Assembly: GCF_046293315.1 (NCBI RefSeq)
Contig: NZ_JBKBPF010000003.1
Location: forward strand, 61,252-125,251
Direction of reading: 5' to 3'
Length of the DNA stretch: 64,000 bases
From: Brevundimonas sp.
GTDB lineage: Bacteria > Pseudomonadota > Alphaproteobacteria > Caulobacterales > Caulobacteraceae
Of the stretch, positions 9,155 through 18,037 are shown piece by piece. How positions within the stretch are numbered: position 1 is the stretch's first letter; the number at the start of each line of letters is the position of its first letter. Made by a program: the position numbers and the translations under genes. The notes under the pieces were generated by a model that saw only the letters and a list, made by a program, of their open reading frames with translations, was not told where the DNA came from and did not search any database.

Positions 9155-11448
9155 GGGCGCTCCCGGCCGCCGAGCGTAATCCGTTCGACCGCCCAGATCG
9201 GGTCGACCGAGTCCCGCGTGAAGCGCAGGCACAGGTCATGACGCCCGTCCTGCGGCGTGATCTCGCCGGTCAGGACGGTGATGCCGTCATTGTCCACGGC
9301 GGGCGCCAGCGACAGGGCGCCGATGAGCGGCCCCTCGCAGCTGTCCAGCCGGATCTCCAGCTCGCCGTGCGGTGTGGCCATGGGATGCAGCGGCACCGAG
9401 TCCCGCGCCGCGCCCACCTGATAGTTGAAGGGATGCTGGCCCACGTGCGCCGTCACCATGGTCACCCCGTCCAGCGGCGCCGCCTCATAGACCCAGCACG
9501 GGTTGAGAATGTCGGTCACCAGCACGGCGCGCTCGTCCGTGTCCGGCCCGCGCGGCGCGTCGTCCTCCAGCGCCAGAACCAGCCCGCCCACGCACTGGCC
9601 CAGCTGATGGCTGGTGCGCGTCACCGCGTCGCGGGCGGACACGGTCCATTCCCGCGCGCGGCCGATGGGTTCGCCATTCAGCCAGCTCTGCGCCCGAAAG
9701 GTCGCGCCCGGCTGGACCGTCAACGCGTCGGTGAACACCGCTGCGTCAGGCGACAGCGCGTTGCCGTCGGTGGTGTAGCGGATCTCGCCCGCGTCCAGCT
9801 CATTGGACAGCGACACCGCGATCCCGTCGTCGGCCAGGTCCAGCGACAGCATCGGCTCCAGCCAGATGGTCGCGTGGGTCACGCCCAGCGCCTCGTAGCG
9901 ATCCAGCTGGTCGGGCAGGCGCGCCGCAAAGCTCGCCCAGTCGTTGGCGTGGGGCGGCGACCAGGCCAGCTCGGCGACCGCCGCCATGCGCGGGAACAGC
10001 TTGTCCCACAGCCGCTCCTCGGTGCGGATGTGCTCGGTCCAGACATTGCCCTGCACGCCCAGGATATGATCCAGCTGATCCTCGGTGAGAGCGTCCGGCG
10101 CCGGGTCGAAGGCGTAGACGTCGCGGGTGCTGATCACCGCGCCGCGCCCGGGGGACTCATCGGGGCTGTTGCTCTGGCGATGGTCGAAATACAGGACCGG
10201 CGCGGGCGTCAGGACCGTGTCATGCCCCATCCGCGCCGCCTCGATGGCGCCGTCGATGCCGCGCCAGGACATGACGGTGGCGTTGGGCGCCAGGCCGCCT
10301 TCGAGGATCTCGTCCCAGCCGATCAGGCGCCGGCCGTTGGCGTTCAGGTGGCGCTCGATGCGGCGCACGAACCAGCTCTGGAGCTCGCTTTCGTCCGCAA
10401 CGCCCAGCTCGACCATGCGCGCCTGGATGCGGGCGTTGGCTTCCCACTGATCCTTGACCGCCTCGTCGCCGCCGATGTGGATGTATTCGCTCGGGAACAG
10501 GGCCATGACCTCGTCCAGCACCGTCTCCAGGAACGCGAACGTCCCGTCCTCGATGTTGAACAGCCAGGGAAAGACGCCCCAGTCGGTGAAGACGGCGTCC
10601 GGCAGATCCTCGACCGATCCCAGTTCCGGATAGGCCACGACCGCCGCCAGGGCATGGCCCGGCATCTCGATCTCGGGCACCACGGTGATGTTCAGCGCGG
10701 CGGCATAGGCCACGACCTCGCGCACCTGATCCTGGGTATAGAACCCGCCGTAGAGCAGGGGTTCGCCCTGCTCGTCGAAGCCTGCCGCCCCGGCCTGCTG
10801 GCGCCACGCGCCCACCTCGGTCAGGCGCGGATAAGCGTTGATCTCCAGTCTCCAGGCCTGATCGTCGGTCAGGTGCCAGTGCAGCACATTCAGCTTGTGC
10901 GTGGCCATGACGTCGATCAGGTCGCGGACCATGTCGATGCTCTGGAAGTGGCGCGCCGAGTCCAGCATCAGCCCGCGCCAGCCGAAGCGCGGCGCATCCT
11001 CGATGGTCGTCGCGGCGATCTCGACCGCGCCCTGCCCCGCCCCGGCGGTGGCCAGCTGCCACAGGCTCACCCCGCCATACAGCAGGCCGCCGAAGTCCGA
11101 GGCGGCGATGGTCGCTCCGCGCGGTCCGACCGCCAGCCCATAGGCGTCCTCGGCGCCGCCCTCGTTGCGTTCGAAGACGATCCCCGCCCCCGGCTCGGCC
11201 GACACGGCCAGTTCGAGCCCCCGGGTGCGTCGGATCAGGTCAGTGAAATAGGCGGCCGCCCGGGCCGCCTCTTCATCACCGGGCGGTATCCGCACCACGG
11301 TGGCGGCGTCCAGGCGGAACACGCCCTCGGCGGGCGTCGCCGCGGCCGGCGCCGGAATCAGCGAGGGAGCCTGCGCCCACGAGGGGGCCGCAACCGTCAT
11401 CAGTCCGGCGACGGACAGGACAATGGCGGATGAAATGGTCTTGAACAT
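9151..11448 (-). CDS. Secreted GH20 beta-N-acetylhexosaminidase, 765 aa
   Basis: Signal peptide MFKTISSAIVLSVAGLMTVAAPSWAQA. GH20 signatures LNVLHWHLTDDQAWR and YIHIGGDE are present. Confidence 0.9.
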   Translation of the reverse strand: MFKTISSAIVLSVAGLMTVAAPSWAQAPSLIPAPAAATPAEGVFRLDAATVVRIPPGDEEAARAAAYFTDLIRRTRGLELAVSAEPGAGIVFERNEGGAEDAYGLAVGPRGATIAASDFGGLLYGGVSLWQLATAGAGQGAVEIAATTIEDAPRFGWRGLMLDSARHFQSIDMVRDLIDVMATHKLNVLHWHLTDDQAWRLEINAYPRLTEVGAWRQQAGAAGFDEQGEPLLYGGFYTQDQVREVVAYAAALNITVVPEIEMPGHALAAVVAYPELGSVEDLPDAVFTDWGVFPWLFNIEDGTFAFLETVLDEVMALFPSEYIHIGGDEAVKDQWEANARIQARMVELGVADESELQSWFVRRIERHLNANGRRLIGWDEILEGGLAPNATVMSWRGIDGAIEAARMGHDTVLTPAPVLYFDHRQSNSPDESPGRGAVISTRDVYAFDPAPDALTEDQLDHILGVQGNVWTEHIRTEERLWDKLFPRMAAVAELAWSPPHANDWASFAARLPDQLDRYEALGVTHATIWLEPMLSLDLADDGIAVSLSNELDAGEIRYTTDGNALSPDAAVFTDALTVQPGATFRAQSWLNGEPIGRAREWTVSARDAVTRTSHQLGQCVGGLVLALEDDAPRGPDTDERAVLVTDILNPCWVYEAAPLDGVTMVTAHVGQHPFNYQVGAARDSVPLHPMATPHGELEIRLDSCEGPLIGALSLAPAVDNDGITVLTGEITPQDGRHDLCLRFTRDSVDPIWAVERITLGGRERP

Positions 11449-11480
11449 GGAAGGCCCCTCGCACTCGGGAAGACTGTCCG

Positions 11481-11513
11481 GCGAAAGAGGGGGCGGCGCA
11501 ATGCGGCCGCCCC
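11481..11513 (-). terminator. Candidate intrinsic terminator or attenuator between the receptor gene and the hexosaminidase gene
   Basis: 8-bp GC stem 11490..11497 / 11506..11513 (GGGGCGGC...GCCGCCCC). On the minus strand it is followed by CTCTTTC. The U-tract is weak. Confidence 0.4.
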
Positions 11514-11544
11514 AGTTCGCTCAGGGGATAGGCTGACGAAGGCG

Positions 11545-11575
11545 GCGCGGAGCGGCGGGATCGCCCGCCCCGCGC
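11545..11575. other. GC-rich bulged hairpin immediately after the receptor stop codon
   Basis: GCGCGG(agc)GGCGGG atcg CCCGCC CCGCGC. Both arm pairs are exact complements. No U-run follows. Confidence 0.4.
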
Positions 11576-11582
11576 CCCTGCG

Positions 11583-14315
11583 TCAGAAGTTGACGGCGAG
11601 CGTCGCCATCAGCTTTCGGCCGGTCCGGTACACGCCGCGCGGCAGCGCCACGGTATCGGCATAGCTGTAGTACTCGCTGTCCAGCAGGTTCTGGCCCGCG
11701 AGGGTCATGCTGACCTGATCACTGAAGGCCCAGCTGACCGTGGCGTCCAGATTTTCATGGTCGTCCACGTACATGTCGTTGGCCCGGTCCACACCCGTGA
11801 AGTACTCCGAACGCCAGCTGTAGCCGAGACGGGCCGAGAACTGTCCGCTCTCGTAGAACGGGCTGATGTTCAGCTGGTGGTTCGAGTTGTACGGCAGGGG
11901 CGAACCGTCGGCCGCCTCGGCGTCCACATAGGTGTAGTTGGCCAGCAGGCCGAACCCGTAGGCGAAGGTCTGCTGGTAGGCCAGGGCCACCCCGCGCACC
12001 TCGGCCGATCCGGCGTTCACCGGGCGGCTGATCTGGTAGGTGGTGACCGCCTGCTGGGCCTGGTTGAAGTGATCCTCGGGCGCTGTCGCCTGCAGAATGT
12101 AGTTGTCGATGTCCTTGTAGAAGAACTCGGCGCCGAGGATGGCTTCAGGCTGGAAGTACCACTCAAGCGAGGCGTGCAGATTCAGCGATTCATACGGGTC
12201 CAGGTCCGGGTTGCCGCCGCCGCCGGTCAGGATCTGGTCCGACAGCCAGAAGTAGTTGGACATGTCCGCGAAGTTCGGCCGCGCGATCACCTGGGCCGCC
12301 GACAGGCGCAGGATCAGGTCGTCGCTGAGGTCGAAGGCCACGTTCGCGCTGGGCAGCCAGTTGTCATAGTCCTTGGTTGCCACCACCCATTCCCAGTCGG
12401 CCTCGGTGGTGCCGCAGCCGGACGCCGTCTGGTTGATGCAGGTGTAGCCGCCGCTCTCGGATTCGGTGCGCACATAGCGCAGGCCGAAATTGCCCCGCAT
12501 CCGGCCGGTCTCGAAGTCGGCCTGCACATAGGCGGCGTGGGCGGCCTCCTGGATGTTCCAGTTCTGCGAGGTGAACTCGGCGTTGCCGAACACCGTCACT
12601 TCCGGCGCGTCCTGCCAGGGCTGGAGATAGTCGCCCGAGGCCAGGTAGTCGGCCAGGGCGGCCCCGTCGATGACGAAACGGGTGCGCATCTGGTCGTTGA
12701 CGTCAAAGCCCTCCAGATAGTTGGACGGCACCTGGCGCGGATTGAACATGGAGGTGTCGCCGACATAGCCGTAGATCGGGATCGACACGCCCGACATGCG
12801 CTGGTCCGTCTCGTGGTCGCGGTACTTGTAGCCGAACTGGACACGGTTGATGGCGCCGGCCAGCTCGTAGCCCAGGTCGATCTGGGCGTACTGCTCCTCG
12901 TCCGTGGTGGGCTTGGAGACGATGTTGCCGCCCCAGCCCGAGTTCCAGCCCGTCGGGCCCTGGGTCGGATCGCCTGCGCCCCAGCCGCCGTCGAAGGCGA
13001 AGGCCGTGGGATCGTCCATGATGTTGTCTTCATAGGTGACCACGCCCGGCCGCCCGGGAGCGCCCGAGATGTCCACCGTATAGTTCGACCAGTTCAGGAA
13101 CTCGCCGAACAGCTGGCGCTGGGTCCCGCCCTCGGCAGAAGTGTAGCCCGCCACCCCCGACACGTCCCAGCGCTCGCCGGACCATTCCAGATTCAGGCGG
13201 TAGCTGTCCGAGGTCATGGACGCCTCGCGGTACTGCACGTCCAGCACCGACAGGGCGTTGTCGAACGTCGCTTGGGTGATGATCCCGTCCTCGACCGTGA
13301 TGTCGGTGAGGCGGTCCAGCGCGTTCCACGTGTTGCCCTGGAAGGCGAACATGGACTGGTTGGTGTTGTCGTAGCTAGCGTCGATGCGCAGCCAGTCGAA
13401 ATTGATCTCCAGGTTCGGGGTGGGCCGCCACTGCAGGGCCGCCATGTAGCTGTCCCGGTCACGCTGCTGCTCGAAGTAGGACGCGGCCAGGGCGTTCAGG
13501 CCGATGGCGTCGGGGTTGGCCGCCAGGGTGTCCGCGCACTGGCCGACGCAGGTGGGCGATCCGGGTTTCCACGACGGCTGGGTCGACGGCAGATAGTCGG
13601 CCGCCGTCACCGTGCCATAGGACTGCACCCCGTCGCGTCGCAGGAAGTCGCTGGCCCGTTGGGCGGCGAGCAGGACGCCGAAGGTGCGTTCCGGATTGGT
13701 CCAGTTTCCCATGATCGAATACTGGAAGTCGCCCTCCTCGGAGCGGTCGTTCCACAGATAGGTCACCGCCCCCGAGATCGGGTCGATGCCTGCGTCCAGC
13801 GGACGGCGCGTGTTGACGATCACCGTGCCGCCGATCGAGCCCTCGTCGATGCGCGGCTCGGGCGTCTTGTAGACCTCGACGCTGCCGACGATCTGCGGCG
13901 CCAGCAGCGCATAGTTGAAGGTCCGGCCCGGCTGATCGAGGATGAACCAGTCCGCCGAGGCCACCGTCTGGCCGTTCAGCAGGGTGCGGTTCAGGGCGGG
14001 GTCGGTGCCCAGGATCGAGACCTTCTCGCCCTGGCCGAACTCGCGGTCGATGGTCACGCCCGGAATGATGGTGATGGCCTCGGCCACATTGGAGGACGGG
14101 AAGCGACCCACATCCTCGGCCGTCACCACGTCGATGATGGAGTTGGAGCTGCGCTTGGTCTCCAGCGATTGCTGAAGCGCGGCGCGGATGCCGGTGACGA
14201 CGACCTCGTCCACCTCCGTCACATCCGGTCCGGTTTGAGCCATTGCGGCGCCGGCGGCCATCAGGGCCAGACCGCTGACAGACGCTGCGATGAGCGATTT
14301 ATGAACTCTGGTCAC
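11583..14315 (-). CDS. TonB-dependent receptor of the GlcNAc/chitooligosaccharide locus, ~910 aa
   Basis: Track ORF 11583..14489 has no internal ATG before the signal peptide. GTG at 14315, preceded by GGGGAGAG, gives VTRVHKSLIAASVSGLALMAAGAAMAQ. The TonB-box-like DEVVVTG follows. The C-terminus is ...KLMATLAVNF. The start codon choice is inferred. Confidence 0.85.
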   Translation of the reverse strand: MTRVHKSLIAASVSGLALMAAGAAMAQTGPDVTEVDEVVVTGIRAALQQSLETKRSSNSIIDVVTAEDVGRFPSSNVAEAITIIPGVTIDREFGQGEKVSILGTDPALNRTLLNGQTVASADWFILDQPGRTFNYALLAPQIVGSVEVYKTPEPRIDEGSIGGTVIVNTRRPLDAGIDPISGAVTYLWNDRSEEGDFQYSIMGNWTNPERTFGVLLAAQRASDFLRRDGVQSYGTVTAADYLPSTQPSWKPGSPTCVGQCADTLAANPDAIGLNALAASYFEQQRDRDSYMAALQWRPTPNLEINFDWLRIDASYDNTNQSMFAFQGNTWNALDRLTDITVEDGIITQATFDNALSVLDVQYREASMTSDSYRLNLEWSGERWDVSGVAGYTSAEGGTQRQLFGEFLNWSNYTVDISGAPGRPGVVTYEDNIMDDPTAFAFDGGWGAGDPTQGPTGWNSGWGGNIVSKPTTDEEQYAQIDLGYELAGAINRVQFGYKYRDHETDQRMSGVSIPIYGYVGDTSMFNPRQVPSNYLEGFDVNDQMRTRFVIDGAALADYLASGDYLQPWQDAPEVTVFGNAEFTSQNWNIQEAAHAAYVQADFETGRMRGNFGLRYVRTESESGGYTCINQTASGCGTTEADWEWVVATKDYDNWLPSANVAFDLSDDLILRLSAAQVIARPNFADMSNYFWLSDQILTGGGGNPDLDPYESLNLHASLEWYFQPEAILGAEFFYKDIDNYILQATAPEDHFNQAQQAVTTYQISRPVNAGSAEVRGVALAYQQTFAYGFGLLANYTYVDAEAADGSPLPYNSNHQLNISPFYESGQFSARLGYSWRSEYFTGVDRANDMYVDDHENLDATVSWAFSDQVSMTLAGQNLLDSEYYSYADTVALPRGVYRTGRKLMATLAVNF

Positions 14316-14363
14316 CCGGCACTCTCCCCTCAAAGATGGGGACCCCCGTCCCCAAGCCGATTG

Positions 14364-14381
14364 AAGCCCAATGTAATACCA
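14364..14381 (-). promoter_or_regulatory. Candidate NagQ-type operator (TGGTATT-acat-TGGGCTT on the minus strand)
   Basis: The plus strand reads AAGCCCA atgt AATACCA, a 7-4-7 direct repeat. It matches my recollection of the NagQ box as TGGTATT repeats spaced by 4 bp. Confidence 0.45.
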
Positions 14382-14460
14382 ATGATCCTGCTTTCTCTTT
14401 GCAGGAGCACGGGCTCGCCGGGCCAATGAACCGAACACTGCCCCATTACGGAAAAATGAC

Positions 14461-14478
14461 AAGCCCAAAATGAGCCCA
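14461..14478 (-). promoter_or_regulatory. Second, weaker 7-4-7 repeat (TGGGCTC-attt-TGGGCTT on the minus strand)
   Basis: The plus strand reads AAGCCCA aaat GAGCCCA. It has the same architecture as the neighbouring sites but is a poorer match to TGGTATT. Confidence 0.3.
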
Positions 14479-14498
14479 ATTCCGAACAAATTTCATAT

Positions 14499-14516
14499 TG
14501 GTATCTCATTGGTCCG
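14499..14516 (+). promoter_or_regulatory. Candidate NagQ-type operator (TGGTATC-tcat-TGGTCCG) upstream of the GntR gene
   Basis: 7-4-7 direct repeat ending 57 bp before ATG 14573. Confidence 0.45.
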
Positions 14517-14572
14517 GTGTTACCGTCACCGACGACGCGGGATGATCGGCCCGCAAGGAAGAGGTTTCGTCC

Positions 14573-15310
14573 ATGTTTTCTGAACGGATCGGCGCGCTGG
14601 ACCAGGGCGACCACGCGCCCCTTTACAAGCAGCTTCAGAAGGCCCTGCGCGACGCCATCAACGCCAAGGTGCTGGGGCCCGATGACGCCCTGCCTGCGGA
14701 ACGGGATCTGGCGGCAGAGTACAAGATTTCACGCATCACCGTGCGCAAGGCGCTGGACGGCCTGGTGGGCGAAGGCCTGCTGACCCGTCGCCAGGGCGCA
14801 GGCACTTTCGTCGCCGCGCGCGTGGAGAAGAACTTCTCCAAGCTGTCGTCCTTCACCGAGGACATGATCTCGCGCGGCCGCACCCCGCACAGCGCCTGGC
14901 TGACCAAGTCGCGCGGCGCTGTGACGCCGGAAGAGTCCATGACCCTGGGCCTGTCGCCGGGCACCCCGGTCTACCGCTTCAGCCGCATCCGCTACGCCGA
15001 CGGCGCGGTCATGGCGCTGGAGTTTGCGACCGTTCCCGGGTTCTGCCTGGCCTCGCCCAATGACGTGGACCACTCCCTCTATGCGGCGCTTGAGAAGACC
15101 GGCCACCGCCCGGCGCGCGCGCTGCAGCGCTTGCGCGCGGTGCTTCTGGGCGCCGAACATGCCGAGCTGATGGGCCTGCGTCCCACCGATCCCGCCCTGT
15201 TGATCGAGCGGCGTGGCATCCTGGCGGATGGTCGGGCCGTTGAGGTGACGCAGTCCTATTATCGCGGCGACGCCTATGACTTCGTCGCCGAACTGAACGC
15301 CCTGTCGTGA
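14573..15310 (+). CDS. nagQ: GntR/HutC-family transcriptional regulator (NagQ-type), 245 aa
   Basis: N-terminal winged HTH (LPAERDLAAEYKISRITVRKALDGLVGEGLLTRRQGAGTFV) plus a UTRA-like C-terminal half. The SD GGAAGAGG precedes the ATG. The gene heads the deaminase/deacetylase genes. Confidence 0.85.
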   Translation: MFSERIGALDQGDHAPLYKQLQKALRDAINAKVLGPDDALPAERDLAAEYKISRITVRKALDGLVGEGLLTRRQGAGTFVAARVEKNFSKLSSFTEDMISRGRTPHSAWLTKSRGAVTPEESMTLGLSPGTPVYRFSRIRYADGAVMALEFATVPGFCLASPNDVDHSLYAALEKTGHRPARALQRLRAVLLGAEHAELMGLRPTDPALLIERRGILADGRAVEVTQSYYRGDAYDFVAELNALS

Positions 15311-16353
15311 GAGCCGCCGCCGTGACCGCCCCGTCCGCCGAATCCACCCGCATGTTCGCCGAAGCCGCCGAAGCCTCGACCGCCGTGGCGCGCCAGCTGG
15401 CGGCCAACGAGGACATCGTGCGCGAGCTGGCCCAGACCCTGCGCCGCGAACCGCCCCGCGCGGTCGTCACCTTCGGCCGCGGCAGCTCGGACCACGCAGG
15501 CACCTACGGCCGCTATCTCATGGGCACGCGGCTGGGGGTCCTTACCTCGGCCGCCGGCCTGTCGGTCAGCTCGGTCTATCAGACCCACCAGACCCTGGAC
15601 GGCGTACTGGGTCTGGCCATCTCCCAGTCGGGACAGAGCCCGGATCTTCTGTCCGCCGTGCGCGCGGCGAAGGACGCAGGCGCCCGCATGGTCGCCCTCG
15701 TGAACGATGCCGACTCGCCGCTGGCAGAGGCCGCCGACATTGTCATCCCGCTGCACGCCGGGGCCGAACGCAGCGTGGCGGCCACCAAATCCTACATCGC
15801 CTCGCTGAGCGCCCTGGCGCATCTGACGGCGGCATGGAGCGATGACGCCGGCCTGCGGGCCGGTCTTTCCGCGCTGCCTGCCCAGCTGACCCAGGCCTGG
15901 ACGCTGGACTGGTCGCAGGGGATCGAGGCCCTCAGAAACGCGCGCAATCTCTACGTGCTGGGACGCGGCGTCGGCTACGGCATAGCCCTGGAGGCGGCGC
16001 TCAAGTTCAAGGAGACGTGCGGCTTGCACGCCGAGGCGTTCTCGACTGCCGAGGTGCTGCACGGCCCGATGGCCCTGGTCGAGCCCGGCTTTCCCGCGTT
16101 CGTCTTCGCCCAGAATGATGAAACCCGCGACGGAGTGCGGGCCATGGCAGCCGACATGGCCGCGCGCGGCGCCCACGTGCTGACGGCCGCGTCCGGGGAG
16201 CCCGGCGACCTGCCTGCCCTGGCCGCCGATCCGGGGCTGGAGCCGATCCTGATGATCCAGAGTTTCTACCGCATGGCCAACGCCCTGTCGGTGGCCCGGG
16301 GCTATGACCCCGATCGCCCGCCCCATCTGAACAAGGTCACTGAAACGGTCTGA
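15307..16353 (+). CDS. nagB: SIS-domain glucosamine-6-phosphate deaminase/isomerase (NagB-II type)
   Basis: SIS motifs VVTFGRGSSDHAG and LAISQSGQSPDLL. GTG 15307 overlaps the regulator stop (GTGA). Alternative in-frame starts are GTG 15322 and ATG 15352. Confidence 0.8.
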   Translation: MRAAAVTAPSAESTRMFAEAAEASTAVARQLAANEDIVRELAQTLRREPPRAVVTFGRGSSDHAGTYGRYLMGTRLGVLTSAAGLSVSSVYQTHQTLDGVLGLAISQSGQSPDLLSAVRAAKDAGARMVALVNDADSPLAEAADIVIPLHAGAERSVAATKSYIASLSALAHLTAAWSDDAGLRAGLSALPAQLTQAWTLDWSQGIEALRNARNLYVLGRGVGYGIALEAALKFKETCGLHAEAFSTAEVLHGPMALVEPGFPAFVFAQNDETRDGVRAMAADMAARGAHVLTAASGEPGDLPALAADPGLEPILMIQSFYRMANALSVARGYDPDRPPHLNKVTETV

Positions 16354-17495
16354 TGCGCACGGTTCTGATCAATGGCCAGGTGCTGACCGGCGAAGTCCTG
16401 CGCGAGGACGTGGCGGTGGTTCTGGACGGCGACCGCATCGCCGACGTGGTCGCCGACGACGCCGCGCCCGACGGCGCGCGCGTGGATCTGGACGGCGGAA
16501 CCCTGCTGCCCGGCTTCATCGACACCCAGGTCAACGGCGGCGGCGGGGTCCTGTTCAACGACGAGCCGACCGTAGAGGGCATCGCGGCCATCGCCGCCGC
16601 CCACCGCCGCTTCGGCACCACCGGCTTCCTGCCCACCCTGATCAGCGACGATCTGAACGTCATCGATCGCGCGATGCGCGCGGTGGAGGCGGCCATCGAA
16701 CAGGGCGTGCCGGGCGTTCTGGGCATCCATATCGAAGGCCCCTATCTCAGCGCTCGCCGCCGCGGCATCCACAGTCTGGATCACCTGCGCGATTTGGACG
16801 AGGAGGGCCTGGCCCTGCTCACCTCGCTGACGCGCGGCCGCACACTGGTCACCGTGGCTCCAGAGGCGGCCACGCCGGCGATGATCGGCCGTCTGGCCGC
16901 CGCCGGAGTGGTCGTCGCCATCGGCCACACCAACGCCGGCTATGACGAGGCCCGCCGCGCGCTGGACGCCGGCGCCAGCGGCGTCACCCACCTGTTCAAC
17001 GCCATGAGCCAGCTGGGCAACCGCGAGCCCGGGGTGGTCGGCGCCGTCCTGGACGACCCGAACTGCTGGTGCGGCCTGATCGTGGACGGCCGCCACGTCC
17101 ATGACGCCACCCTGAAGATCGCCCTGCGCGCCCGCCCCCTTGACCGCTTCATGCTGGTGACTGACGCCATGCCCTCGGTGGGCATGACCGACAAGGTTTT
17201 CGAGCTGAACGGCCGCCGCATCACGGTTGAGGACGGCGTCTGCATGGACGAGCACGGCACCTTGGCCGGCGCCGATCTGGACATGGCTTCGGCCGTCCGC
17301 AACGCCGTCGCGCGCCTCGGCCTCACCCTGCCCCAGGCTGCCTTCATGGCCGCCACGGCCCCCGCCGCCTTCATGGGCCTGTCCGACCAGCGCGGCGGCA
17401 TCGTCCCCGGCCTGATGGCCGATCTGGTCCTGCTGGACCACGAGGGTCAGGCGATCCGCACCTGGATCGGCGGCCGCACTCAGTCGCCGGACTAG
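16353..17495 (+). CDS. nagA: N-acetylglucosamine-6-phosphate deacetylase
   Basis: 380 aa with motifs GFIDTQVNGGGG, HIEGPYLS, IGHTNA and THLFNAM. The ATG overlaps the upstream TGA by 1 nt (TGATG). Confidence 0.9.
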   Translation: MRTVLINGQVLTGEVLREDVAVVLDGDRIADVVADDAAPDGARVDLDGGTLLPGFIDTQVNGGGGVLFNDEPTVEGIAAIAAAHRRFGTTGFLPTLISDDLNVIDRAMRAVEAAIEQGVPGVLGIHIEGPYLSARRRGIHSLDHLRDLDEEGLALLTSLTRGRTLVTVAPEAATPAMIGRLAAAGVVVAIGHTNAGYDEARRALDAGASGVTHLFNAMSQLGNREPGVVGAVLDDPNCWCGLIVDGRHVHDATLKIALRARPLDRFMLVTDAMPSVGMTDKVFELNGRRITVEDGVCMDEHGTLAGADLDMASAVRNAVARLGLTLPQAAFMAATAPAAFMGLSDQRGGIVPGLMADLVLLDHEGQAIRTWIGGRTQSPD

Positions 17496-17497
17496 CT

Positions 17498-18034
17498 TCA
17501 GGTCGGCGGCGGTGTGTCGGGCTGGCCGATGAAGCGCTGGTCGCGGGCGGTTTCGTAGGCCTCGCGCACACCCTGGCGGGGCTGGTCGGCGCCCAGCTGG
17601 CTGATCTGGCCGGTCCAGACGTCGGCCAGTTGCTGGACCGTTGCGGTGATCCAGCCCGGCTCCTGCTGGCGGGACCAGGACTGGATCGAGACGCTGTTGA
17701 ACACCAGCAGGAACAGGGCGGCGAAAATCACCGTGCGGCTGGTCCAGCGGCGGTCCCGGGCCGCCTCCCCCTCCTCGTCCAGCGGCGGCTCGGGCGGGAA
17801 GGCGTAGCGGCCCAGGGTCTTCAGACGGGGCTCGCGCGTGGGAAGGTCGTGCGCGTCCGCCGACTGGATCCAGTCGTTGCGATCATCCGGCTCCGGGGCA
17901 GGCGTCCGCGCAGACGTCAGACTGTCCGGCGTCAGCTCCTCACCGCGCGGCGGAAAGGGATCGTGCTCGCCGGCCGGGAAGGGGGCGGGCTCGTCGGGGG
18001 CTTTCGGCTCGTTCGGGTCCATGGGTTCCGCCAA
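17498..18034 (-). CDS. Hypothetical bitopic membrane protein with a Pro/Glu/Asp-rich N-terminal region; last gene of the MBOAT operon
   Basis: Single hydrophobic helix TVIFAALFLLVFNSVSI. TTG 18034 lies 3 nt after the MBOAT stop; ATG 18022 is an alternative start. No family was recognised. Confidence 0.6.
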   Translation of the reverse strand: MAEPMDPNEPKAPDEPAPFPAGEHDPFPPRGEELTPDSLTSARTPAPEPDDRNDWIQSADAHDLPTREPRLKTLGRYAFPPEPPLDEEGEAARDRRWTSRTVIFAALFLLVFNSVSIQSWSRQQEPGWITATVQQLADVWTGQISQLGADQPRQGVREAYETARDQRFIGQPDTPPPT

Positions 18035-18037
18035 CGC

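Noticed and set aside
6938-9241. 767-aa plus-strand ORF opposite the PTS EIIA-HPr-EI gene. I treat 5107..6675 (-), 5517..6896 (+), 9238..11433 (+) and 11757..14429 (+) the same way.
   Set aside because: These ORFs have no recognisable motifs and an extreme Arg/Gly/His/Pro composition. Each lies antisense to, or out of frame with, a gene that has strong family signatures.
14383-14410. TGATCC hexamer in the nag intergenic region as a second ECF (TGATCC-N16-CGTA) promoter
   Set aside because: The sequence 16-17 nt downstream is GAGC, not CGTA, so only the -35-like half is present.
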